Source of the DNA: Thermoplasmata archaeon
GTDB lineage: Archaea; Thermoplasmatota; Thermoplasmata; UBA10834
Direction of reading: 5' to 3'
Assembly (NCBI GenBank): GCA_029864565.1
Contig: JAOTTD010000001.1
Coordinates: forward strand, 66,232 to 130,231
Length of the DNA: 64,000 bases
How positions within the stretch are numbered: position 1 is the stretch's first letter; every line of letters starts with the position of its first letter. Both the position numbers and the translations under genes were made by a program. The notes beneath the pieces are model-generated. The model was not told the DNA's origin. It worked only from the letters and a program-made list of their open reading frames with translations, and did not search any database. Positions 18,598 to 28,312 of the stretch are shown here, in pieces.

Positions 18598-20622
18598 TCA
18601 GTATGTGACCAGCTCGATGGATTTCAGGTCTTGAACGAACCGAAGGACATTCTTGTGGTCGGTCGGGCCGTACTCGGCAGAGACGAATTCCGTGATATCG
18701 GCGAGAGAGCGTCTTCCGTCCATGAGATTGACGACCTCATACATCTTCCTCGTGAATTGGGGATCCTTCGTCTCGACTTTTCCATACCATCCGTACCTCT
18801 CCTCGCCAAGCTTCTCAGACATGAGGTCGGCGTCGAGCGTGCCCTTGAACCTTCTTCGGGGGACAATCGCCTTCGCCTCCTTCTCAGCTTTCGACAATCT
18901 CATCGCCCCGCGTTTGACGGATGCACGGCCATCGGACACAGCAACGATGATACTGTCGAGTCTGAGCTGCTCCCTCGAGCCGTGCTCTTCGACCGCCTCC
19001 GCCTGCGATTTGACAAAATCGTCTGACCCCGCCGCCTTATCGAGCCTTCTGACAGATAGCACCGCACGCACCTCTCTTCGGACGGAGTGTCTGACTCTCA
19101 ACCCATGGTATTGCGCGACCCTGTTAAACTCGACTCCATTGTCGGAGGGATCAAATGCCTCGTAGAGTTCCATCGCGGCAGCTTCGACTGCTTCGGAAAT
19201 CCTTCTGATGCCCTCAGAGCAGACCAGGATGGCCAGTTTGCGAACCATTCTCGAATCGGCACTGGCGAGAGTCAACGCAGAGGTGGCGGCCGCCCATCCT
19301 ACTCGTCGCAGGCTGTCCTCGCTCACGTTGTCGATCGTGTCCATGCTCGTGTGATAGAACAGGTCTGGCCACTGCGTCAGGCTCACACATGGGACTCCAA
19401 CCGTGGACTCGTTGAACTCCGCGTGGTCGCTCCCACCAGTGAATTGCGTCCTCGTGTATCTGAAGTTGCCCGGGATGCCGAGCTTGACCATGCTGTCGTA
19501 TTCGGAGTTCGAGCGCCCCATCATGGAGTACACGAGGTCGTTCAGGTACGACGGCATCGTATCCGGCGTGCAATCCATGCACAGGGTGGACTTGCACCGA
19601 GCCTGATCCTCACCCACCATGTCCATGTTGATTCCGGCAACGAGCCTCTTGTGCAGCTCAGGATGCTTCGACAGGTACGCCACGCTTCCGACCGTCTCAG
19701 GGACCCAGAGGAGCCGGATTGTACGCCTCGGCCTCTTGATCTTGCCTGAGGCGACCAGAGAAGTGATCGTCCTAGCGAGCTCGAGTAACAGGCCGCTGCC
19801 CGACGCGTTGTCGTTGGCGCTCGGCTTGGGGTGACAGAGGTGGGCGACGAGGACTATCTCCTCGTCGGGCATGTCCGAACCGCGGAACGTGCAGGTCACG
19901 ACGCTGTATCTCCCGGGCGATAGGTCGGCATCCACCTTGGCGTGTAATCGGACAGGTTTGGCGCTGCGCAGAAGGTCCCTGAGCTCGTTCCCCTGACGCT
20001 TGCTGAGAGAGAAGCCAAACTTGATCTTGCCCGCGCTCTTAGCGTTCGGCCATATACCCTGATACGAGTGGGCGTCCGGTATGTCGATGCTCTCACGAAC
20101 TCCTGGGAACTCGTACGTCAGGCTGTCAGTAATGACGCCGGCGGCGCCACGCTTGACGACTGCCTCGTGCTGAACCGTCTTACCCTTGCCTGTGGTCAAC
20201 ACGAACTTGCCCTTGACGCTTTTCCCCGCATAGTCCTCATCAGACAAGCCCTTTCCGACGTCCACCAGCTCGGCGGTCACGCCCTGCTTCGGCGTGCTTC
20301 GGCTGAACGTGTGGAGGGATTGTGGCACTTCCTCGTGCCTCGCTAGCACGCGGACGTCGGGCTCCACGAGTGACAGTTCTGCGCTTCTCACGTCCCATCC
20401 CATCACGGACGTGTAGGTCCAGTACTTCCGACGGCCATCAGCGGGGTAGTGCTCGATGGTGGCATCTTCCATGCCCATCTTGACCAGCTCCTCCTTCACG
20501 TAGACTGCCGCATCGCGCATCATCGGCGATCCCTGTATCCGGTGGAATTCCGTCAAGCCGGCTACGTAGCTCTTGGCAGAAGACCCCGACAGTTCGTCTT
20601 TCACAACCTTCCCGAGTTCCAT
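18598..20622 (-). CDS. M28-family aminopeptidase-like protein (DUF4910-type) with PA and C-terminal wHTH-like regions, probably cytosolic
   Basis: AHLCHPKPSANDNASG, PETVG, NMDMVG, GSDH, YHTSMDT; no signal peptide. Confidence 0.85.
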   Translation of the reverse strand: MELGKVVKDELSGSSAKSYVAGLTEFHRIQGSPMMRDAAVYVKEELVKMGMEDATIEHYPADGRRKYWTYTSVMGWDVRSAELSLVEPDVRVLARHEEVPQSLHTFSRSTPKQGVTAELVDVGKGLSDEDYAGKSVKGKFVLTTGKGKTVQHEAVVKRGAAGVITDSLTYEFPGVRESIDIPDAHSYQGIWPNAKSAGKIKFGFSLSKRQGNELRDLLRSAKPVRLHAKVDADLSPGRYSVVTCTFRGSDMPDEEIVLVAHLCHPKPSANDNASGSGLLLELARTITSLVASGKIKRPRRTIRLLWVPETVGSVAYLSKHPELHKRLVAGINMDMVGEDQARCKSTLCMDCTPDTMPSYLNDLVYSMMGRSNSEYDSMVKLGIPGNFRYTRTQFTGGSDHAEFNESTVGVPCVSLTQWPDLFYHTSMDTIDNVSEDSLRRVGWAAATSALTLASADSRMVRKLAILVCSEGIRRISEAVEAAAMELYEAFDPSDNGVEFNRVAQYHGLRVRHSVRREVRAVLSVRRLDKAAGSDDFVKSQAEAVEEHGSREQLRLDSIIVAVSDGRASVKRGAMRLSKAEKEAKAIVPRRRFKGTLDADLMSEKLGEERYGWYGKVETKDPQFTRKMYEVVNLMDGRRSLADITEFVSAEYGPTDHKNVLRFVQDLKSIELVTY

Positions 20623-20764
20623 GGTCAGACCGAACGAGGCTACTACGTTCCTTAGATAAAAGAACGTTCCCGTGGACTCGAACAGTAGCGCTCTTCGCTT
20701 GAGGAAAAATCAGAAGGCCCTCCGGCGTCGCGCTTCAGCCAGAGGGAGCTTCATGCAACTGTTT

Positions 20765-22918
20765 TCACTGCAGGACGGCTTCTAGAGGTGCAGTGGCGTT
20801 CCCCCACTCCACTTCGAGTTTCAGTACATCCTCCATGAACCAATCCTCGAGCGTCTGGCGGTCGTATTCGAGGTCGTCCAACGCCTCCTCCGCCGTCATC
20901 GATCCGTCCTTGAGGCCCAGATAGACGTCCTGGATATCGATGTAGCTCTGTGCCTGGTCGAAATCGTCGCCCCAGTACATGAAGCAGTCCATCATCTGGC
21001 CGTAGACGTCCAAGTACGCTTCCCTGCCGCAGTAGATGCCCCACTCCATGCTTCGCACGCTCTTCAATGCGGTCGCAGCCGCGCCGGTCGCGCCGCTTTC
21101 GAGCGCAAGCATGGCCGACATGACGGCTTTGTGGTCAGTCGCGTGCTGGTGAGGTCTCATGAGTGGCTCCCACGAGGCCATCATGCCTCCCTCGCCCATC
21201 GTCCACGGGATGAATATCCTCCTCGCGTCGATGACGGCGCGGTTCAGCTCGTCCGCCATCTCCACCACTTTCGCTTTCTTCTGCGGGGACATCGCGGAGG
21301 CGTACATCGCCTCAATCTCCGCGGCCCTCGCATTGATGGAGACATATAGGCTCTCGAGGTCTGTGAGAACTGCCAAGGCAGCGTCAATGGTAGAGCGCTG
21401 AGACGGCACCATGGGTCTCTCCTTCGCGAGGTTCTGAGCGGCCCAGCCACACACAGGCACGAAATCCAGCGGCAGCAGGAGCGCGTTCACCGACCTGAAG
21501 GCCATCAAAGCGGTGAGCTCCATCACCATGGCCAACATGTCCTCTGACTGCAGTTCGATGTCGTCGATCTGGGTATGATAGTACGGATCGAATCCCGCTC
21601 CCCACACCATCTCTATCGCAGTCCCTCCGCCCTTGCCCGCGAACGACCACGCGTCGGTCCAGGTCCAAACAGGCGTGTAGCAGTTCAAGACGTTCCGATA
21701 TCCCAGGTCGGAGATGGCGCTCCACACGAACGCGGAGGCCTCGATGGAGATCTCCAGCCACACCTTCCCTCCCGTCTTCGGGAAGCTGCCGCCATCGATG
21801 TTGAGCTCCAATACGAGGCCGTCCATGATATCGGGATGGGCGCATACGAATTCGTACGAGCCGATTAGCCAGTTGAACCACGTCCCGTCAGCACCGCCGC
21901 TCTCCTCCGAGCCGACCGAGCAGAACACCAAAGTCCTCTCGTTCACGTACTCGCGTGATTCTCTGGCTTCGGAGAACATCCTAGCCATCTCAAGCATGAT
22001 GGCGATGGATGAGCAGTCGTCGAACGAGCCCGCCCACCATGTGTCGATGTGGCCGGAGATGACAACGTATTCGTCAGCTCGAGTCGTGCCCAACAGAACG
22101 CCGGCGACATTCACGGATTTGGCATTTGGATAGAAGTCCACCTGGCCGGACATCTCCAGTTCGATATCGCCGTCGTACTCCTCCAGCAACGCCTGTATCC
22201 TGGCTGCGGAGTTGGGCGATATCGATATCGCCGGGATTGGCGAGAACACTGAGTCCTGCTTGATGCCCTCGGGGTGGTCGGCACCCGTGAAGTAGCCGTA
22301 GAACACGACAGCCGAGGCGCCGTGATACGCCGCCTCCGACGCTGGCACGTTGGGCCATCCCTGAGTGTTGTCCTCTCTGTGGACAAGGGCGATCGCCCCG
22401 TCAAGAGGGCCGGCCTGATCGAAATCATCGGCAGTCCCATAGCCCACATCGACGACCTTGGCAGTGAGTGTCTTCCTGTCGTCGCTATTTCCGTAAGCAT
22501 AGAGCGTGCCGTTGTCGTAGCCCCAAACCGACGGTGAATCGCCGTATGTGGTCGCATCGATGCTCTCAAGCTCGCCATCGGGCAGTACTATGTCCACCGT
22601 CGTCCCGTTATGGTCCCAGTTGGCCACTCGGAATGTCTCCCACCACACTTCGACCAGAGGCATCTCGGACAGCTGATCATACACGTATTGCTGGGCAGCG
22701 AGCTCCTCCTCCGACCCTGCAGTCTTCTCACCGAGGCCGGATAGATACTCAAGCTGAGCCCACGCATGTTCGTAGTCGAGTCTCTCGAGCAATGCAATCT
22801 CGCCATCGGTCAGGTTCTTCGGCTTCTGAGTGCCGATAGTCGGCATGCCGTAAGTCACTGGCATCGCTATGACGATTGCGAAAGTCAACGCTAATCCTAT
22901 TCCAACTAGTTTGCGAAT
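20765..22918 (-). CDS. Secreted M28 peptidase with PA domain; probable ATT start
   Basis: SGHIDT, FDDCSS, GSEESG, YYHTQID; GGGGGG-aaaccg-ATT gives signal peptide MRKLVGIGLALTFAIV (ATG at 22948 is the alternative). Confidence 0.83.
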   Translation of the reverse strand: MRKLVGIGLALTFAIVIAMPVTYGMPTIGTQKPKNLTDGEIALLERLDYEHAWAQLEYLSGLGEKTAGSEEELAAQQYVYDQLSEMPLVEVWWETFRVANWDHNGTTVDIVLPDGELESIDATTYGDSPSVWGYDNGTLYAYGNSDDRKTLTAKVVDVGYGTADDFDQAGPLDGAIALVHREDNTQGWPNVPASEAAYHGASAVVFYGYFTGADHPEGIKQDSVFSPIPAISISPNSAARIQALLEEYDGDIELEMSGQVDFYPNAKSVNVAGVLLGTTRADEYVVISGHIDTWWAGSFDDCSSIAIMLEMARMFSEARESREYVNERTLVFCSVGSEESGGADGTWFNWLIGSYEFVCAHPDIMDGLVLELNIDGGSFPKTGGKVWLEISIEASAFVWSAISDLGYRNVLNCYTPVWTWTDAWSFAGKGGGTAIEMVWGAGFDPYYHTQIDDIELQSEDMLAMVMELTALMAFRSVNALLLPLDFVPVCGWAAQNLAKERPMVPSQRSTIDAALAVLTDLESLYVSINARAAEIEAMYASAMSPQKKAKVVEMADELNRAVIDARRIFIPWTMGEGGMMASWEPLMRPHQHATDHKAVMSAMLALESGATGAAATALKSVRSMEWGIYCGREAYLDVYGQMMDCFMYWGDDFDQAQSYIDIQDVYLGLKDGSMTAEEALDDLEYDRQTLEDWFMEDVLKLEVEWGNATAPLEAVLQ

Positions 22919-23076
22919 CGGTTTCCCCCCTTGGCATAACCCCGACATACCATATCGAGGCAGGCCGAAATCGAGTACTGACTACATAAGAATTGTCTAT
23001 TCGGGAAGCCACAAGGGCAATAGAGAGGAAAAGACATCATGTAAACCGTCGGTCCGACCGCTTCCGACTGAGAAGA

Positions 23077-23487
23077 ATGACCATGGACCCTGAAGAGACG
23101 AGGACTAGTGAGGACCCACAATCGGGCATTGACACGACCGACGAGAGCGGACTCGAGGAAAGGTTGAAGGGCGAGAGAGGGGTCTCGGTCGGAGACATCG
23201 GGCTCCCGGCGACCGTTGTCTTCAAGAGCGACGTCGAATCGACTTCCATCTACGTCGACGAAGTGGGAAACGTCTCCGTGAGCAGAGGAGCGCTTCCGAA
23301 TCCGAACCTTGTGATCGAAGGAGACCATCATGCCCTCTGCAGCATCCTGCAGACGAGGGAACCGACCTTCAAAGCTCCAGGCGCTTTTAAAATCACAGTC
23401 ACCAAGGGGACCATCCGAGGGTTCGTCGTGGAGATAGCGGAGGGACAGGACATAGACCATCCGCTCCTGGAGATCTACTTGTGTTAG
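23077..23487 (+). CDS. Hypothetical protein, possibly SCP2-like fold
   Basis: YVDEVGNVSVSRG..NPNLVIEGD..LCSIL resembles the SCP2 pattern; weak. Confidence 0.5.
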   Translation: MTMDPEETRTSEDPQSGIDTTDESGLEERLKGERGVSVGDIGLPATVVFKSDVESTSIYVDEVGNVSVSRGALPNPNLVIEGDHHALCSILQTREPTFKAPGAFKITVTKGTIRGFVVEIAEGQDIDHPLLEIYLC

Positions 23488-23583
23488 GCGGCGCAGCCTG
23501 AGCGACAGCAGCGAAAAGACAACGATTTGTCCTGCCAACGGATTTATCGCAGGAATGGCATTACGCGAGTGAGTGTGTGAAAC

Positions 23584-23763
23584 ATGCCTGTCATTGTAGT
23601 GAACATGTGGCCAGGAAGAGACGTCGATGCGAAGCGACGCATCGCAGAAGGCATCACGAAGGTGTTCGAGACCGAGGGAGTCCCGCGGGACGTCATCGAA
23701 GTCATCATGAATGAGGTGCCGAAGACGAACTGGTCGATTGGTGGCAAATTGCACTCTGATTGA
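23584..23763 (+). CDS. 4-oxalocrotonate tautomerase family protein (59 aa, absent from the ORF track)
   Basis: MPVIVVNMWPGRDVDAKRRIAEGITKVFETEGVPRDVIEVIMNEVPKTNWSIGGKLHSD: catalytic Pro1, GR, NWSIGG. Confidence 0.92.
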   Translation: MPVIVVNMWPGRDVDAKRRIAEGITKVFETEGVPRDVIEVIMNEVPKTNWSIGGKLHSD

Positions 23764-23835
23764 GCCGGCGGGCTATTGCTGCGTCTTTTGAGCTCCACGC
23801 AGGACGGCAAAGGCGGGCGAATCGGGGCCCGTGAT

Positions 23836-24060
23836 TCAGTCCTTCTTCTTCTCCAAGGCGCCAGATAATATGACCGCCGCTGTCACCAACGCGGCTGACA
23901 AGGCACCCCAGCCAGCGGTCAAAGAATCATCGAATAGCACGTCGGACGCGACCTTCACTATCAGGAGCGTCAGGAAGAAGTATATCAGGCCCAGGACGAC
24001 CATCATTATAGTGGCCACCAGCGTCACCGCTAGGACGTCGAGCTTGCTCTTTATCCCCAG
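23836..24060 (-). CDS. Small two-TM membrane protein; probable CTG start
   Basis: GGAGGAGGTGA SD 4 nt before in-frame CTG at 24060; two hydrophobic helices; KKKD tail. Confidence 0.7.
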   Translation of the reverse strand: MGIKSKLDVLAVTLVATIMMVVLGLIYFFLTLLIVKVASDVLFDDSLTAGWGALSAALVTAAVILSGALEKKKD

Positions 24061-24308
24061 TCTCTCACCTCCTCCTCGAACGAACGTCGAGACAGCTTAT
24101 GAAATCGACATACAGGTACTATGGGTTTTCGGTCTCTGGGGAGGACTAAACACAATCTCGAATGGTTCCCAGATGTGCCGGGCTGATATCGAACACGCAA
24201 CCCCCAGCCGGCTTGGGCTGCGTGGAATCCACCATGAGGAAACGCTTTTGGTATACCTGCGTATATGGGCGCGGGGATCAGAGAATTTCGATGAGGGGAG
24301 GTATCTGA

Positions 24309-25748
24309 ATGGCAGTCGCACGAATCAGATTCTTAGACCAGGACGAAGAGGAGCTCATACACCAGCAAAGCATAGAGTGCCTCGAGACAATTGGAGTGAA
24401 GGTCAAGAGCGAACGAGTCCTCGGCATGCTGAAAGAGGCCGGGGCGGCCGTAGAACCGAAGACTCAAGTGGCCAGGCTGCCAGAGAGCATGATTGAGGCC
24501 GCATTATCCAATGTTCCGAAAAGGATGATTCTGCACGGAAGGGATCCCAAGAACGACATGAGGATACCTGTCACTTCATGGCCGTACGTTGGCACATCGG
24601 GACTTGCCACATACATAATCGACGTCAAGACGGGAAAGAAGCGCGATTCGACAGTCAAGGACATCGCCGACTGCGTCAAGCTTGCCGACGGCCTGTCCGG
24701 CGTCGACTACACACAGACCTCCTTGACCGCGACGGAGGTTCCTCAGCAGACCCACGGCCTGCACGAGCTCTGGACCGCCCTGCAAAACACCACCAAGCAC
24801 GTCCAGGGCATCGAAATATTCGACGCAGAGGACGCTCGGAAGCAGGTCGAACTCGGAGCGCTGGTTGCGGGCGGCGAGGAAGAGCTGGACAAGAGGCCGC
24901 ACTTTACGGTCATTCACTGCTCGATTGCTCCGCTCATGTTCGAGCATGACGCTGTCGAGGCGATGGTCGAGTTCGCAATGGCTGGTGTGCCCATCACGAC
25001 GATGTCGATGTCACTCTCTGGTGGAACAGCACCTGTCACTCTTGCAGGAACGCTGGTGAACGCCAACTCGGAGAATCTGGCCAGCTTCGTGATTGGCCAG
25101 GCTGCGAGGAAGGGTGCGCGAACCGTATACTGCTCGTCCTCCACGCCGGTCAACATGAGCACCGGCATGATACACTACCAGAGCGCCAACCAGCCGCTGA
25201 TAGCGGCTGGGCTAGCCCAGATGGCTCGACGGTACGGCCTCCCTTGCATGGTCGGCGATTGGGGCCTCAATGACACGGATGTCCCAGGATTTCCGCACAC
25301 ATTCAGCGAGACCATGGGGATTGCACTCAGCACTATGTCTGGAACGGACATGATGGGAGGCGTTGGGTCGCTGGACAACGCCAAGGGCATGGCGCTCGAG
25401 CAGGAAGTCATCGACTCCTACGTCTGGGAGAATGTGCGGATGCAGATGACTCCTTTTGAGATCAGCAAGGCGACCGCTGCACTCGATGTGATTAGGGAGG
25501 TCGGGCACGGCAACACATTCCTCACCAACATCCACACCGCACGCAACTTCCGAAGGGAGGCTATCCAAAGAGACTCTGACAAGGGCAGGTTCGAATCCAC
25601 CATGTCTAAGGCGATGGTCGCGGAGGCAAAGGAAATCGCGGTGAGGCTCCTCAGGGAGCACGAGGTTACGCCGTTGGAGGAATCCGTCGTCCGGCAGGGC
25701 AACGAGCTGATAAAGAACTTCGAAAAGGAACGGATCAGACGCGCGTAA
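24309..25748 (+). CDS. MttB-superfamily corrinoid methyltransferase lacking pyrrolysine
   Basis: IHQQSIECLETIGV, GGTAPVTLAGTLV..NSENL, QMARRYGLPC, IREVGHGNTFL...HT; no in-frame TAG. Confidence 0.88.
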   Translation: MAVARIRFLDQDEEELIHQQSIECLETIGVKVKSERVLGMLKEAGAAVEPKTQVARLPESMIEAALSNVPKRMILHGRDPKNDMRIPVTSWPYVGTSGLATYIIDVKTGKKRDSTVKDIADCVKLADGLSGVDYTQTSLTATEVPQQTHGLHELWTALQNTTKHVQGIEIFDAEDARKQVELGALVAGGEEELDKRPHFTVIHCSIAPLMFEHDAVEAMVEFAMAGVPITTMSMSLSGGTAPVTLAGTLVNANSENLASFVIGQAARKGARTVYCSSSTPVNMSTGMIHYQSANQPLIAAGLAQMARRYGLPCMVGDWGLNDTDVPGFPHTFSETMGIALSTMSGTDMMGGVGSLDNAKGMALEQEVIDSYVWENVRMQMTPFEISKATAALDVIREVGHGNTFLTNIHTARNFRREAIQRDSDKGRFESTMSKAMVAEAKEIAVRLLREHEVTPLEESVVRQGNELIKNFEKERIRRA

Positions 25749-25769
25749 TCGCGGACGACAACAACCGTC

Positions 25770-26351
25770 TCAATCATCGGGGTCGATCTGATTGGGCATA
25801 TCGAGGCCGGTTGATTTCTCCGGCGAGTCCTGGAATGGCTTTCGGACAAGTCTGTACGCCACGAAGCCGAGCACAATCGCGGCCGAGGCGAATGCGGCGA
25901 GAGGTACGATCCATGACAACTGTCCTCCCAGAGAATCATCGTCGCTGAATTCCTGCATCAAGTCGTCGTACTCCCCGCTCGACCTAGGCGTGAGCAACGA
26001 GTCGTCGCCTGTCTGAACCATCACGCCCACAGCCAGGAAGAACACGGCCGCAAGAAGGACGATCCACGTCGCAGAGAGCACGATGACTATCCGCGTGTTC
26101 TCGTTGGGCGCCATCAGATCTCGCGCCTTCCATGTGAGGCCGTAGTACACGAAACCGTGGTCCTCGTGACGCTTAACAAGCCCGCCCTCCTCCATCTTCT
26201 TGAGGTGGCGATGTATAGCTCCCTTGTCTATCCCCAGCTCCTCGGAGAGCTGCGAGACGGTCCTGCGCATGGGATGAAGGGACTTGAGCATCTCGAGGCG
26301 GGTGTCCGAGGCTAGGGCGAATAAGGACTTCTTGTCAAGCTCCACGCGCAT
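25770..26351 (-). CDS. Membrane-anchored ArsR-like winged-HTH regulator (two TM helices)
   Basis: FALASDTRLEML..TVSQLSEELG...IHRHLKKMEEGGLV...YYGLT followed by two hydrophobic segments; ATG at 26351. Confidence 0.85.
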   Translation of the reverse strand: MRVELDKKSLFALASDTRLEMLKSLHPMRRTVSQLSEELGIDKGAIHRHLKKMEEGGLVKRHEDHGFVYYGLTWKARDLMAPNENTRIVIVLSATWIVLLAAVFFLAVGVMVQTGDDSLLTPRSSGEYDDLMQEFSDDDSLGGQLSWIVPLAAFASAAIVLGFVAYRLVRKPFQDSPEKSTGLDMPNQIDPDD

Positions 26352-26456
26352 TTCCCTGGCACCTAACCAGGGTATGGAATCCCTGACCATAAACTTCGCC
26401 TCCCTTGGCGGCCGCCAGCCAGCGTCAGCAGAAGCCAATTCTGAACACACCTCTCC

Positions 26457-28283
26457 CTATCCGTACCATTCGCGGTATTCCGGCGTGTAGAACGTCAACG
26501 ACCCCAGCTCGGACAGGTCGGCGAGAGAGCTGGCCACGACGGCCGTGCGGGAAACCGTGTAGAGCGCGTCGTCTATGTACAGCGACCGTGTAATCCTGCC
26601 GTATTGGTCGAGGGAATCATGTGATATCTTCCCCCAGAGGAATATGCCCTCCTCGGCAGACACATTGAAGGCCCAGGCTGCCGACTGGTAAGAGTAGTCA
26701 ACCGTGTAGTCGTATGTTGTGATTGGAATCACCAGCAGGGACCTTGCAGGATCGTACAGCATCGCCTTATGGTCGCTGCTGACAGGCGTCCATGACATAT
26801 CATCCGCCACGTAGCTGTCCTTCTCAATCGGCATTGCAGGGTCGGAGACATCGAATAGGGACAGCTTGACGTGACCGTCCTGGCTGCCTATGCCTATCAC
26901 CAAACCGTCGCCGATTGGATGCAGGTAAGATGAGAAACCAGGGATCTTGAGCTCGCCCACCACGACAGGTGCGATGGGGTCGCTCAAGTCGATGACGAAC
27001 AGCGGATCGACCTGTCTGAACGTAACGAGATAGAGTGTGTCGCCGAGGAACCGCGAAGCATAGATGCGTTCCGTTGGAGCTAATCCTTCCAGCGACCCAA
27101 TGATCGACAGGTCTGATCCGAGGACGTACACATTGTTCTCTGACTCCATCCAAGATGTCGTTGTAGCCACCCTGAGCATTCCGTCCATCTCGTCCATTGA
27201 GAACTGGTTCAGCAGCCAGCCCTTCACATTGCCCGTGGCAACGGCCTCCATCGTCAGCCTGTCGACGGCAATCTTGTGTATCGTGGTTCTTGTGGTACTT
27301 TCGTCCTCTGCAGCGGCCTCTCCATCGACCCACAACAGTTCGCCGACCCACTTACGATAGGTAAGGTACATGGCATCTTGGGACATGTAGACAGTTGACG
27401 CAAAGCCCGTGATCACAGACATCTCCCTGTGCTTGCCATCCGACGCGTCAACGGCCATCAGGTTCACGAAGGCGTCCGTGCACTGAGTCTCGCCATCGTA
27501 ATGCACTTTGTCGATGTCGAACTCCTTGCGGGAATCCCGGTTCCATGCATTCGGAACCGATATCCTGTCGTCCACCTCATATATCCCCCATTGGGCCACG
27601 AGGTAGACGACGCCGTCAATCATTCTAGAAGTCAGATGCCACCCCGATACCCCGATCGAGAAGTCCAACTGCGGGGCAGAAGGCTCGGTCAGGTCGAAGA
27701 CCGAGACAATGGCCCTATGGTGGTTCACTATGCGCGTGGTGGGTTGCACAAAGTACCAAAACTCCTCAGTCTCTTCGTACTCGTACACGTTAGACACGAC
27801 GACTAGCTTGCTGCTCCAAACGTACACCCCGGAGACGGAGAGACTCACATCGTTCGGCTCGAATCCGAGTATCTCGCCTGCCCCGATCACCGCGATGGCC
27901 TCCATGCTGTCCTCTGGTTGCGCATCGATGATCGTCACATCCCCGTTCGAGACGACAAAGATATGTTCTCCATCGGTCTTCACCAAATCGGCCTCGTCGA
28001 CGCCGTATACTTGGACGTTCGTCGTTGAGTAGGAGCTGGAGCCGTCCATTGCAGCCGGGGTCAGGAGCTCCCTTGTTTCCGGAGAATACGTCGCGTACTC
28101 CCCATCGTTCCTAGTGGCGTCGATGAAGCTCTGCAACTCTCCGTAGGATGAGAACTGGGCGAGGCTGCCATCGGACGAAATCGAATACTCATCGCTTTCT
28201 CTGAGCGCATAGGCAATCGTCCCTCCGGTGACGACGACCGAGGCGACGCACAGGACCAGCGCGGCTTTGAGGTAATTGTCCAT
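26457..28283 (-). CDS. Secreted/anchored beta-propeller domain protein (Beta_propel type)
   Basis: YSTTNVQVYGVDEADLVKTDG, NQFSMDE, LRVATT, ERIYASRF, VTFRQVDPLFVIDLS, GELKIPGFSSYLHP. Confidence 0.88.
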   Translation of the reverse strand: MDNYLKAALVLCVASVVVTGGTIAYALRESDEYSISSDGSLAQFSSYGELQSFIDATRNDGEYATYSPETRELLTPAAMDGSSSYSTTNVQVYGVDEADLVKTDGEHIFVVSNGDVTIIDAQPEDSMEAIAVIGAGEILGFEPNDVSLSVSGVYVWSSKLVVVSNVYEYEETEEFWYFVQPTTRIVNHHRAIVSVFDLTEPSAPQLDFSIGVSGWHLTSRMIDGVVYLVAQWGIYEVDDRISVPNAWNRDSRKEFDIDKVHYDGETQCTDAFVNLMAVDASDGKHREMSVITGFASTVYMSQDAMYLTYRKWVGELLWVDGEAAAEDESTTRTTIHKIAVDRLTMEAVATGNVKGWLLNQFSMDEMDGMLRVATTTSWMESENNVYVLGSDLSIIGSLEGLAPTERIYASRFLGDTLYLVTFRQVDPLFVIDLSDPIAPVVVGELKIPGFSSYLHPIGDGLVIGIGSQDGHVKLSLFDVSDPAMPIEKDSYVADDMSWTPVSSDHKAMLYDPARSLLVIPITTYDYTVDYSYQSAAWAFNVSAEEGIFLWGKISHDSLDQYGRITRSLYIDDALYTVSRTAVVASSLADLSELGSLTFYTPEYREWYG

Positions 28284-28312
28284 GGTAATCGAAACACCAT
28301 TCGGCGCCGGCG

